In this document: one piece after another, positions 1-10,319 of the stretch | Numbering within the stretch: position 1 is the first letter of the stretch | How the letters are laid out: each line of letters starts with the position of its first letter | DNA from: Camelus ferus | Taxonomy: Eukaryota | DNA length: 64,000 nt | Direction of reading: 5' to 3' | NCBI RefSeq assembly: GCF_009834535.1 | Contig: NC_045697.1 | Location: 36,706,001-36,770,000 of the forward strand | Program-made: the position numbers and the translations under genes | The notes under the pieces: generated by a model | The model's database searches: none | What the model saw: only the letters and a program-made list of their open reading frames with translations | What the model was told of the DNA's origin: nothing

Positions 1-458
1 CGTAAGACAGTCACAGTTTGATTGACCTTCATGGTATTTTGAAAAATAAGTGAATTACATTAATTGTCAAACTAACAAGCCAACAGTCTCTCTAAAATCC
101 TGCAGTTTCCTCTTTTGATAGCACAGGCTCTGGATCCACATCCCTGAGTGACAATAATTAGCTGTGGTTGAGTCCTCACTCACTCCTTGGATAGAGTTTG
201 GGAGTTCCAGTGTGCCCCAGCCCCTACCTACTCTTCCTCTTGCCTCACATCCAGACCACTTCCCTAATGTACATTTCCTGAGTATCCCCTGGAAGTTTTT
301 GAGTTTATAGGTCTTGATTGAAAGACTAAAGTCTGAAACTCCTGGTCTTCTGTTCAAGGGCCTCCAGTGATCTGGCCTTAGCTCGCTCTTCTGGCAAAAC
401 TTCTCACGATTCCCTTCATGTGGTCTGAGATCCAAACACTCCCCATACTGCACCTCTT

Positions 459-581
459 GACTGTAAGCTTCATGAGGCCAGAGACCATGTCTGTTTAATT
501 CATCAAACTATTTCTAGACCCTATAGCCATGCCTAGCTCATAAAGAATGCTTAATAACTAGTTGTTCAATGAATCAATGAA
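459..581 (+). mobile_element. L2 LINE 3' end fragment
   Basis: Typical L2 tail: gactgtaagcttcatgagg...gcctagctcataaagaatgcttaataactagttgttcaatgaatcaatgaa. Confidence 0.8.
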
Positions 582-1640
582 GTTTGTAGAGGACTAGGAA
601 GAAGACTGGAGGCTACTGAAGCTGTCCAAGCAAAAAATTATGGTGACTTTGGCTTGGGGATGGCAGGGAGGGTGGAAAGAATTGAATGGATCTGAGAGAT
701 TATTAGCATGTAAGAGTGCTGGGACTGGATGATATAATGAAAAAGACAGTAAGGGCAAGGGAAAGGGAGGGTTTCAGAAGGCGAGACTTGATTGCTGGCT
801 CATGCAAGAAATGCATAGTACTATCATTCCCAGAAAGAGGAAACAGTTAGGGAGAAGCAGGCTTTGGAAGTTCATTTTGGCCTTGTTGATTCTGAAGATC
901 TTTGAGGCATTCAACTTGAGATGCCAAATAAGAGGTTAGGTGTATGGATCTGGAGCTCAGAAATGCTTTCTGGGCTGAGGATATAAATTTGAAAAGTATC
1001 AGAATTATTAGTTGTTGAAACTCTGTAAGTGGTTATGGTTGCTGGATGCCGAGGTAGATAGTATAGAATAGAAGAAGAGAACAGGGCTCGTGGCCAAGTC
1101 TTGGGAAGCCAACAGTTACTAGCCAAGAAGAACCTGAACCTGTAAAAGAGGTACAGAGGGAGTGTCCACAGCAGGAGAAAACCAGGTAAGGACTATACTG
1201 GAAAGCCAAGGAAGAGAGTGTCTCAGGATGGAAGGCGTGATCTGTTGCTGAGAGGTTAAGAAAGATGGGAGCTGAAAAACACCCACTGATGTAGCATTGT
1301 GTGTGTCATGGGTGACCTTGGAAGGATCCATCTAGCAGACTGCTGGGCCTGGTGGTAGGGAAAGCCTACTGGAGAGCATTCATGGGAGATGAGGAAAGGG
1401 AGACAGTGAGCATAACGTGGTACCCTAGGCCAATGCTGGATAAGGGATGTGGACATTAAGGATACCCCTGGATAGGACTGAAAATGTCTATTGGATTTAC
1501 TAATATGGAGGTCATGGGTATCCTAGGAAGATGTAGCCATTGTAGTGGGGGTGGGGGTGGTATTATGGTTGGAAGAATTAGAGGAGTTGAGGATGGGAAG
1601 AGAAGGAAATGGAGACTGTGAAAATGATGTGGCCTCATAA
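582..1640 (-). mobile_element. L2 LINE body, antisense, highly decayed
   Basis: Purine-rich stretch with L2 antisense hallmarks (ggaggctactgaagctgtccaag..., tggatctggagctcag, gctgagaggttaagaaagatg, ggtgaccttgg). Confidence 0.75.
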
Positions 1641-2402
1641 TGAAAACTGACTTCTCTCTCCTTTGCCTCTCTGTCTTCTGCATAAGTGCTGAATGGGAGT
1701 CTCATTCACCCCCCTGCCTCCCTCAGCCAGTGGATCCACAGATGGTAGTGAGGAAGAGGGGATCCAGTATATGAAGAAATGCTTCCGCCTTTTTCTGTAT
1801 CCCAAAGTCAGCTGATGCATTGGATTTTTTTTTATGTACATGTATAAACCATTCCTCCTGTATCGGGTTTCCTCATTTGTGTGTGTGTTTAAATGATTTT
1901 AACGTCGAACTCGAGACCTACTGCTGATTTAGAGTTCAAAAGAATCTCCCCCATAGTCCAGGGACACCCCTGTGTGGTTTCTAAGAAGGATAAGGAGTTT
2001 GAAAGTGAAGGCACTGTCATACATAAAGAGAAAACGAATTCACTGTGCAGTCCAGGAGGGGAAAAGACCTCAGCATGCAGCTGGGCTTTGGGATTCCATC
2101 CATCAGAAGTGGGACAGAGACATAGTTCCTGAACCTTCACACTTACAGGAGAGGACAGGGTGTTCCGATTTCACAGATGGTGGTGAAATGTAAAAAAAGA
2201 AAATGTTAGTAACTGATTTTTTTTTCATCAAAATCATTTAACCTAATCTCTAATGACTAAGTACCTAACCCTACTTACAAAATGCCATTGAACTTTAGGA
2301 AACTACATATTTATAGCAAAAGATGAAAAAATTTGAAATATTTAATTGATCATCTGGGCTTTAGCGAGGCCTTGAAATTTAATTCCATCACTCCTCTGGA
2401 CT

Positions 2403-2720
2403 ATTAACTGTCCAACAGCAATACAAGGTGAGCCACAAATCTAATTTAAAATTTTCTATTATCCATGTTAAAAAAATTAAAAAGAAACAGGTGAGATTAT
2501 TTTAAGACTATTTTTAAAATCCTAATATATACAAAATATTATCATCTAAACGTGTAATCAATAAGCAAATGTATTAATGTGCTATCTTAAGTTCTTCAGT
2601 TTATACTAAGTCTTCGAAATCTCGTATGTATATTTACCTGTATAGCACATCCAGTTCTGACCGCCCACATTTCAAGTGCTTAATAGCCACATGTGGTTAG
2701 TGGCTACCTTACAGGAAAAT
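2403..2720. mobile_element. MER33-like hAT-Charlie MITE
   Basis: Matches recalled MER33 consensus along its length (ctgtccaa...gagccaca...aaaagaaacaggtga...catttcaagtgcttaatagccacatgtggttagtggctacc). Confidence 0.85.
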
Positions 2721-2784
2721 GTAAATAAACAATCATCAAAGAATCATGTACAAAGAGAACCCATATAACTGGAAAATACAGAAC

Positions 2785-2972
2785 CCATATTTACAGAGCA
2801 TCGACTATGCGATACCCCGGGCTGACAATTTTACATATGTCATGTCCTTTAGTCCTCACTACAATTCTGCCACTTAGGTATCACTATCTCATCTTGATGG
2901 AGGGGACACTGAGTGGTTAAATTGTGCTTCACTAAGAAGCATCAGGGTCAGGTTTTAAACTCAAGCCTGTGC
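2785..2972 (-). mobile_element. MIR SINE
   Basis: catatttacagagca...ttttacatatgtcatgtcctttagtcctcactacaattctg...ggggacactgag...tttaaactcaag. Confidence 0.7.
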
Positions 2973-3299
2973 TTTTTTTTAAACACATAACCTTTGGCAA
3001 CATCATTAAATGATTAAAATCCCCCACTCCCTGATATAGATCATGATGTTCACTCCAGACCCATGTTCACAGTAAGAAGGACAACTGTAAGGCCACTGAA
3101 TGTCAAACACTCCAGAGAGCAACAAGAAAGGAAACAGTCACCTCATCGAATCCCAATTCTTACTAAATAATGATGTTAACCCATCTGAGAGCAGATTTTA
3201 TTGAGCACCTTCCTTGTATAATAAGCATTACGGAGGGAAAAAAAGAAGTGCACAAAATTACCTGGCTCTGACCCACCTCTGTGTGCTCTGGCCTCCTCA

Positions 3300-3560
3300 T
3301 TTTCCCTCACAGGAAACTTTGCATTCTCCCTTCTCCTCTCAGGGCATTAACTCCTTTTCATCCTTCAAGGTCTGGCTCAAAGGTCACTTCCTACAGGAAG
3401 CCGTCTGTGATGCCCCAGGCAGAGTAGATCATTTTACCCTTCAGACATTCACAGCATCTTTCTGTCAGAGTTCTTATTACTCATTTGTTCCTTAACTGCT
3501 TCCCACAGAGTGTTAGTTCCCAGAAGCAAGAAGGAGGCCTTATTCAATACTTGTTGAATA
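3300..3560 (+). mobile_element. L2 3' fragment
   Basis: tccttcaaggtctggctcaaaggtcacttcctacaggaagcc...tcaatacttgttgaat. Confidence 0.65.
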
Positions 3561-4248
3561 AGGGTCTAACTCAGCCATCAGCTGGGGTCACCTGGGCCCT
3601 TGAACTCTAGATAAAATTGATCCAAGTACCAATTCCATAGATTAAGGAAACCTAAAGCACTTCCCAAGGGTTCTTCAGATTCAGGAAGAAGTTCTTATAG
3701 ATTTCTGGTCAATTCAGTTCTCATGTCCGGACTTGATCAAAATTTGCTCTCCTCTATGTCTGGTTCTTCAGTTCTGCGCTGGCAGCAGCCCCTATTTACA
3801 GCTTCCTCTCTGACTCTCCGCACCCCAAAAGCAACCATGAAAACAAGGCATAAAGACCAAGTGATCACAGGGAGGAGTGACATTGCAAACAACAGAGCAA
3901 ACAGCTTAAAATCATGTATTAGGTATTTCTGCAACCCTGCTACCCTCTTATGTTACATTCCCAACTCTCAAAAACTTCCCAGCTTCCCTCTCTCCCATCT
4001 TTTTTCTGCCATCCACCTTGCTTTTCTCCTCCATTTTTTCAGGAGCCCAACCCCCCACATTCCTTTCATTTTCTCATATAGAAAGGTACGCCTTTCCCTT
4101 TCTGCCTGGGCTCCTCCAAATACCTATGTGCTGGGAAGACTCCAGCCCAAACACCCACCAAGGCATTTTTCCAAGCAAAGACAGTTTCCCTCTTAAGAAA
4201 AATCTGTCAACAGTTTATGATAATAATAACTTTGCCTTCTGTCTAGAG

Positions 4249-4502
4249 CAGGGGCCGGCAAACATTTTCTGCAAAGGTCCAGATGGCAAATAATTTTGGC
4301 TTTGTAGCCATAGGATCTCTGCCACAACCACTCAGTTCTGCCATTACAGCACTAAAACAGTTGACAGAAAAATGAATGCATATGGCTATGTTCCAATAAA
4401 ACTTTATAAAAACACGTGGTAGGGGGAGGCAGGCTTGGCTTCCCAGGCTACAGTTTGCCCATGGGTGGGACTTGGCCCAGGGATGGTAGTTACTGAACCC
4501 TG
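4249..4502 (+). mobile_element. MER58A hAT-Charlie MITE with degenerate 8-bp TSD
   Basis: Termini caggggccggcaaac ... gaaccctg; flanks gtctagag (4241-4248) and ttctggag (4503-4510); internal tgttccaataaaactttat. Confidence 0.85.
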
Positions 4503-4770
4503 TTCTGGAGAATGAATGAACAACCACGCCCTTAAAGAGCTTCCAATCAAGTCAGGGAAACAGAGCAGAAACATGAAGATCACCAGTGTTTAAGAGGTAG
4601 TCAATGTTAAGTCCCAGATGAACGATTCAGGTCATCCAAGCTGACATTTCAATGGAAATTTCTTAACACAGTACTGGATGAAGCACTAGTAACTCTGAGT
4701 AGTGTTTGGTGGCAAGAGCTCTTTTCAGATAGTTAAGCTCATTAGCTAAAAGGATGGTGATCACCTAGCA

Positions 4771-4992
4771 CAAGGGTCAACAAGCTACAGCCCACAGGCC
4801 AAATCCTGCCCACCACCTGTTTTTGGCAATAAAGTTTTACTGGAACACAGCCACACCTGTTCCATTTACTCATTGTCTATGGCTGCTTTCGCTCTGCATG
4901 GCAGAGCTGAGTCATTTCAACAGACTGTATGTAGCCTGCAAACCAAAAATATTTACCGTCTGGCCCTTTACAGAAAAAGTTTGCTGACCCCA
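4771..4992 (-). mobile_element. MER58A hAT-Charlie MITE, opposite orientation
   Basis: caagggtcaacaagctacagcccacaggccaaatc...aataaagttttactggaacacagcc...agtttgctgacccc; CTAG-core flanks acctagca / gtctagga. Confidence 0.85.
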
Positions 4993-5174
4993 GTCTAGGA
5001 CATTTTCAATGAAAGAGGAGAAAACTAACAAGATGGCTATTGAGTTGTTCAGGCCTGTGCTTCTAGCTAAACTGATCTTACAGCCAACATGCTCCCCTCC
5101 CTGTGTGCCCTTCCCCTAGAATAAATTATCCATTCACCCTAGAGGTCTTGAGAGAAGGTCATGGACTGAACCTC

Positions 5175-5463
5175 AAGAAAACAGGCAGACCCTCCTCAAT
5201 TCCTCCATAACAGCAAGTTCTTATCAAGATAGAAGGAACGTAGCCCCTGCTTACAGCCTGATTGTTATCACCCTCCCGTTCCCATTTTCTGTAAAACCCC
5301 AGGACCCGTACCCCAAGTCGGGCTCACAGTCTTCACAGCAGTAACCTGCTGGGACTCCCTTTGCCTGGCAGAGCAGTAAAGCGGTTCTTTTCTAATTCTC
5401 CCAAAACTCTGCTTCCGACTCTCAATTTGGCTTTCTGAGTACAGAGGCTGTTTTTCTGCAACA
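5175..5463 (+). mobile_element. ERV1-class LTR of cetartiodactyl type (5' boundary uncertain)
   Basis: U3/R/U5 pattern gctcacagtc...cccttgcctggcagagcagtaaagcggttc...cccaaaactctg...cagaggctg...caaca; variant polyA signal AGTAAA; ends in CA. Confidence 0.7.
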
Positions 5464-5469
5464 AGAACA

Positions 5470-5670
5470 CAGATTTTGGAGCCAAACGGTCCTGATCTAA
5501 GCAGTGGGCCTGTCACTTTTTAAGTGTGACCTTGGATGAGTTACTTCACCTCTGAGGTTAGCTCTCTCACTTATAAAATGCGGTTAATGTGTATCTCACC
5601 AAGCTGTTGTGACGATTCAATGAGACAAAATGTAAAACGCTCAGGACGGTGCTAGACACACACAACGGTA
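5470..5670 (+). mobile_element. MIR SINE
   Basis: tgtgaccttggatgagttacttcacctctg...tataaaatg...gttgtgacgattcaatgagacaaaatgtaaaacgctcaggacggtgct. Confidence 0.85.
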
Positions 5671-5844
5671 CTATTTTCTTCTCTTTTTCCCTCCACGTAG
5701 CAACTGATAGTAAAATAATGATGCATTTATTGGGTTTGCAGTAATTCCCGAACAAAAGTGATTGCTGCTTAGATAATGTTAAGGCAGGCAGACCAGCACA
5801 CACCAAAGATTTACAGATTCTCTTAAAATGAGCTTCAAGTACAT

Positions 5845-6110
5845 TGCTGTATTTGCATGTTGCTCTTTTGTTTATAAGTGGCATCAAATCAAGAAAAAGT
5901 GGCTTTTTTTAAAAGAATACTTATTGGTTCACATAACTAAAAATTCCTGGGTTGGATCTTTGTGTATGGTGGGTCCAGACACTCAAACCATGTCATCTGA
6001 AATCTGCGTCCTCTTTGTTCTCCTCCTGGCAAAGCCGTCTTTTGAGCGGTTTTATTCTCAGGCCGGCTCTCCCCACGCAGTGGCAAATGCCCAGGAGAGC
6101 TACAGACTAC
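5845..6110 (-). mobile_element. LTR33-like ERVL LTR fragment
   Basis: ttattggttcacataactaaaaattcctggg...gggtccagacactcaaaccatgtcatc...ctcaggccggctctccccac. Confidence 0.6.
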
Positions 6111-6481
6111 GGCTTAGCTTAGCACGAGGCTCCACAAAGGATAGCACTTGGGCCAAAACCCACCTTGAGGCCTGTGAGCTAAGGAAAATTTCTGCATTTT
6201 AAGGGGTTGTAAGACCATGTTACAATCAGGAACTCATGGCTGGCCAAGCTGAAAATCATTATTATCTGGCCCAGAAAGGGTTTGCCAATGACAGCAGCTC
6301 CAGAACAAAAAGAGCTATTCTTGTCCACTGTTTCCAGTAAAAGGCCCAAGATTGCCTTCCTCCTCAATTGTTTCCCTGCACAGCGTTCTGGCAAATTTTC
6401 TCCTGTCTGTCTCAGATGCAGAGGCAGTTGCATCAAGGGCTTCCCTGCTTCTCTCTTCAGCTGCCTTTGAATTTGTAACCT

Positions 6482-7054
6482 TGTTACTAAACAAAAGTTC
6501 ATGTGCCAGAGGCACAGTGAGTCCAAACAAACCAAAATGTGGGAGTTTGGAGCAGAGAAAGGTTTATTGCAAGGAGCAAGGAGAACAGCAAGGAGAGCAG
6601 CAAGGAGAACACATGGCTCGTGCTCAAAAACCCCCGAACACTCCGACAGTTTCCGGGGAAAATGTTTTATAGACAAAATTTGGGATGAGGGCTGCGAGGT
6701 GTGTGACTTTCCTCTGACTGATCGATGGTGAGGTTAACGGGCCGTGTTCCAGAAATCTTGTGCTCATTCTGAAGTTAAAGTTACCATTCTCCACCTGGCG
6801 GGGAGGGTAGTTCCTGCAGAAAACTCAAAGGTACTGTTACGGATATTCCTTGAGGAAGAACCAGGTCCCTGCCCCAAGGCTGCACTATTGCTTCTTGACT
6901 CTTCCTCTCTTGTTCCTGCATTCCCTCCTTTCCTGATTAGCAACTGAATATGCCCTTTGGAACTCAGGGCAGGTCAAGAAGACTGAATGAAGCTTATTTT
7001 ACAAACAGAAGGATTTGTACCAGGGAGGACCCCACAAGGTCCTGCTCTGTTTCA
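6482..7054 (-). mobile_element. ERV1-class solo LTR with 4-bp TSD
   Basis: TG...CA termini (tgttact...gtttca); identical ACCT flanks at 6478-6481 and 7055-7058; minus-strand AATAAA (tttatt 6563-6568). Confidence 0.9.
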
Positions 7055-7059
7055 ACCTT

Positions 7060-8250
7060 GCTCTTTTCTCACAGTTCGATTTAGCATCATCTGCTCAGTC
7101 TTTTTGATGATTTCTTTTTTTCTCACTACTTCTTTCTTACCTTTAATCATTTCATACGTTCTTATTTTATAGCCTCTATCTGATGTGTGGTTTTGGAAAG
7201 ATTTCTACTTCTATTGCTATGCCTGCTGGCATTGGCTCTTGAATTTGGAGTTATTAAAAATCTTGGACTGCAAGGTTGAGCCAAGATGGCGGAGTAGCGA
7301 GACTCACAGCTCGCCTCTCCCACAAACACACCAAGAATTCCATCCACAAACCCACTGAATCACACAGAACACCTATGAACTCTGGCAGAGTGTCTCTCGC
7401 TTCAAAATACAGGAGGTTTCTCACAAAATCCAATAAACAATTTTATACTGTATAGTGTAGGGAACTATATTCAATATCTAGTAATTTATAGTGAAAAAGA
7501 ATATAAAATGAATATATATATATGTTCATGTATGACTGAAGCATTGTGCTGCATGCCAGAAACTGACACAACATTGTAAACTGATGATACTTCATTAAAA
7601 AATACGTATATAAATCTTGAACTGTGAATTCATTTTACACAATGTTTGACCCAAAGGAATTCTGGGGCTCCAGGTCTAGGGATGTCTCTCCAGTAACGCT
7701 TCACCTCTGCTTTTGCCAGGAACCTTGGGAGCATTTAAGAACCATCTCCATGCTAATTTAACATCCAGAGGTCCCTAGTGCCATATAGGGAGTTCACCAT
7801 TGAACCCAAAAGCTGGTGAGGGCAGGCTCGGGTTTCAAATTTTTCCCCGACTCAAAACTCACTCCAAGGAATGCAAGCTTGCCTGTCATTTCCCTTGGTC
7901 TCTGGAGGAGGGGGAGTGCTTTTTTCCTCTTTACACTTTCACTAAGTGTCGCAGCTTTATACGAGATACAGAGTTTTTCTTCTGTCCCAGGGTGACCACT
8001 AAAACCCCAGTTCCTTGGTTTCTGAGATCGTCAAATACCCCCAGGTAGTCCCAGCTTTAGTTTGCAGGTGGCAGTTTGGTTTTTCGTTTCCATTTCATTT
8101 TTGGTCCCTGGGATTTCCTTTTCTCTCTTTTGAGCCCAGTTTGATATTTTGAGGGATGCTAGCTCTGTTTTATATGCATTTCCAGGTGTTTCTTAGCAGG
8201 AGGACTTTATGTAATGCAATCTACCACATTGCCGGAAACAGAAGTCCCAT
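7060..8250 (-). mobile_element. Ancient L1ME/HAL1-type 5' region, antisense, interrupted by a younger insertion at 7271-7611
   Basis: Reverse complement near 8250 reads gggacttctgtttccggcaatgtggtaga, like old L1/HAL1 5' termini; T-rich ORF1-like antisense sequence at 7060-7250. Confidence 0.55.
7271..7611 (+). mobile_element. Short L1-derived element: L1 5' end fused to L1 3' end, with TSD
   Basis: caagatggcgg (YY1-type L1 5' motif) at 7282-7292; L1 3' UTR tail from about 7432 (tactgtatagtgtagggaactatattcaatatc...attgtaaactgatgatacttcattaaaaaa); TSD aaatcttg[g/a]actg at 7258-7270 and 7612-7624. Confidence 0.85.
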
Positions 8251-8449
8251 TAGGCCCCTGGGACTCCGTGTAAGACTCTGCCAGCATCACATGCCACCTG
8301 CAGACATCTTCCCCTGCTGCTTTTTTATCCCCTCGTGAGCGCTCACAAGATGTTCACTGGAGATGGTCATCTGAGTGAGTCCCCGGGAGAGCACAGCAGA
8401 GGCTGCGGACATGTTTTACGTGCAGGTGCTCCATATACCCACATGTGGC

Positions 8450-8695
8450 GTAGCAGCACCGTGTGGGGGTTCAGAGCACAAGCTCTAGAATCGGATTGAC
8501 CAGATTCAAATTCGAGTTCTTCTACTTCCAAGATGGGTAACCTTGGGTGAGTCATTTAACCTCTCTGCACCTTCATTTCCCAAGATGTGAAGTAGGAATA
8601 AGATGGAATTACCTCCAGGGAGTTGTTGAGAGCATTAGATGAGGCAACGCCTACCAAGGGCCCGACACACAGTATCTCTCCATCAAGGTGAGCCT
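8450..8695 (+). mobile_element. MIR SINE
   Basis: ttcagagcacaagctctagaatc...ttcaaattc...taaccttgggtgagtcatttaacctctctgcacc...gttgttgagagcattagatgag. Confidence 0.85.
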
Positions 8696-10319
8696 TGGTT
8701 CAGTTTCAGGGAACAGCCCGGTGCTGGGGAGGAGATCTGTCTCCTCTAAGCTCTCACACACCAGATCAGTGACGGAGGGGGAAAGGTTTATCAGAACTGA
8801 CCTGCCCCTCCCCAGAAGTGAAAAACGGGAAGGAGGATAGAAAGAAAAAGCCTGAGGTCATCACCTAGGTCACGGAAGAGACTATTAACCCGGTCCTCAG
8901 GGAAAAAAAGAAGATTCTAAAAAAGCCTCGTTGCAAATGTCAAATAGGGTGAGGATTCCCTAAAGTTTGTGTGCACTGATCTAAAAATGAAACTCCACAG
9001 ACGGCTCCCCAGGGCTTCTCAAGCACAGAGGTGCCAACCTTGTTTAGGGAGGCTGTGGGGAGAGCCGACAGAGCTCAAGGGGCTTCCAGTAGGCAGGGTG
9101 GGACTGAGGGTAATCAGGGATCTCTTAACCTCTGCCACCATGGATCTCCACGCCACCCTCCATCTGCCTCTTATCTGACTCCTAAGTGTCAGCATTGAAG
9201 TGTAGCACAAATTCCTGCCTTCGGAACGTTTCCTCACAAAAGGAGAACAAAAGACCATCAAAGAAGCTCCTAAGCATTTTCAAGGGGAATTTGAGCTGAT
9301 GCAAAAATGTAAAAAAAAACCAAAAAAAACAAAACTGTAAATTATAAATGCATTTTTGTTACAGATTAGAATCAGCATGGCTGAGAAGTTTATTTGAAGT
9401 ATTTTTAAAACCTTTGGCTACAAGAACAGTTATTCGTCCCCAAAATATTTCCAAATGGGGCATTTGGCACTGCCTGGCAGGAGTGTGGAGATTAGGAAGT
9501 GGTCCTCAGGCTGTTTCCTTCTGAGAAGTGGTTTGAACCACTGGGAAATGTGTTTCTCACTCAACAAGTGCTTATTCAGCAGCCTGAGAGGCAGAGAGAG
9601 GCGACAAAAGCCAGATATCAGGAGCACTCTTTTTAAATTTTTTTCAGGTCACCAGCATTTGTAGGAGCAACCAGCTGTGAGCCTTTAACAAAATTCTGTA
9701 GGATTCTAGTTGAATGCAGATCAAAACTTGCTACAATGTTAACCTGGGATTTTTCCAGTTAAAATCCTTTTGTCTGCTGTATGTTTTGTCGACATAAGTA
9801 GAACACAGTTCACACAAATTGTCGTCATGTGTTGTTCCTATATAAGTGCACTAAATCTTTTCATTGTTGTTTTTTTCTTTTCAGTATACTGATGTCTCCA
9901 CATTGTGACAACTTCGAATGATGGCTGTCTTGTCACCTGATGAGCAGGGCAGAATTAGAATCCATAGGCTGAAGGAAAGCACATCGTGCCTTAATACGCA
10001 GAGATAATTACTGCCTCTGAGAGCTGTCCGTCCACTGAATCCACCTGGCTTTGCCAAGCAGGGAGTTCCCATCACAGAAAGCCGGAGAGGCCATCACCAG
10101 GACTGCTGCAGGAGGACTTCTGGGTGGGTGTGGGATTAAAACACAAGCTCCTAGGTCTATTCCAACCTGAAGATTCTGTGATTTCATCTTTTCAAAAATA
10201 ATATTTACATAGTACTTCAAAATGCTTAATGAATCTCACATGATCTCATTGATTTTTTATATAATAGAGGTTACTTTTTTCTGACTTTATAATAAGTGTA
10301 AGTAAATATAAATAATAAA

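Noticed and set aside
2141..2212. Minus-strand branch point (ACTAAC), pyrimidine tract and GTAAGT donor suggesting a small exon
   Set aside because: The tract ends in TACAT rather than YAG, so there is no canonical acceptor.
3723..4196. 157-aa ORF listed as minus strand in the ORF track
   Set aside because: The label is wrong: the peptide MSGLDQNLL... reads from the + strand (ATG TCC GGA at 3723, TAA at 4194-4196). It has no recognisable domain or exon structure, so I do not call it a CDS.
6179..6731. Cluster of ORFs up to 165 aa with repeated motifs (GEQQ, LLAA)
   Set aside because: Translation of the solo LTR and its 12-bp tandem repeat.
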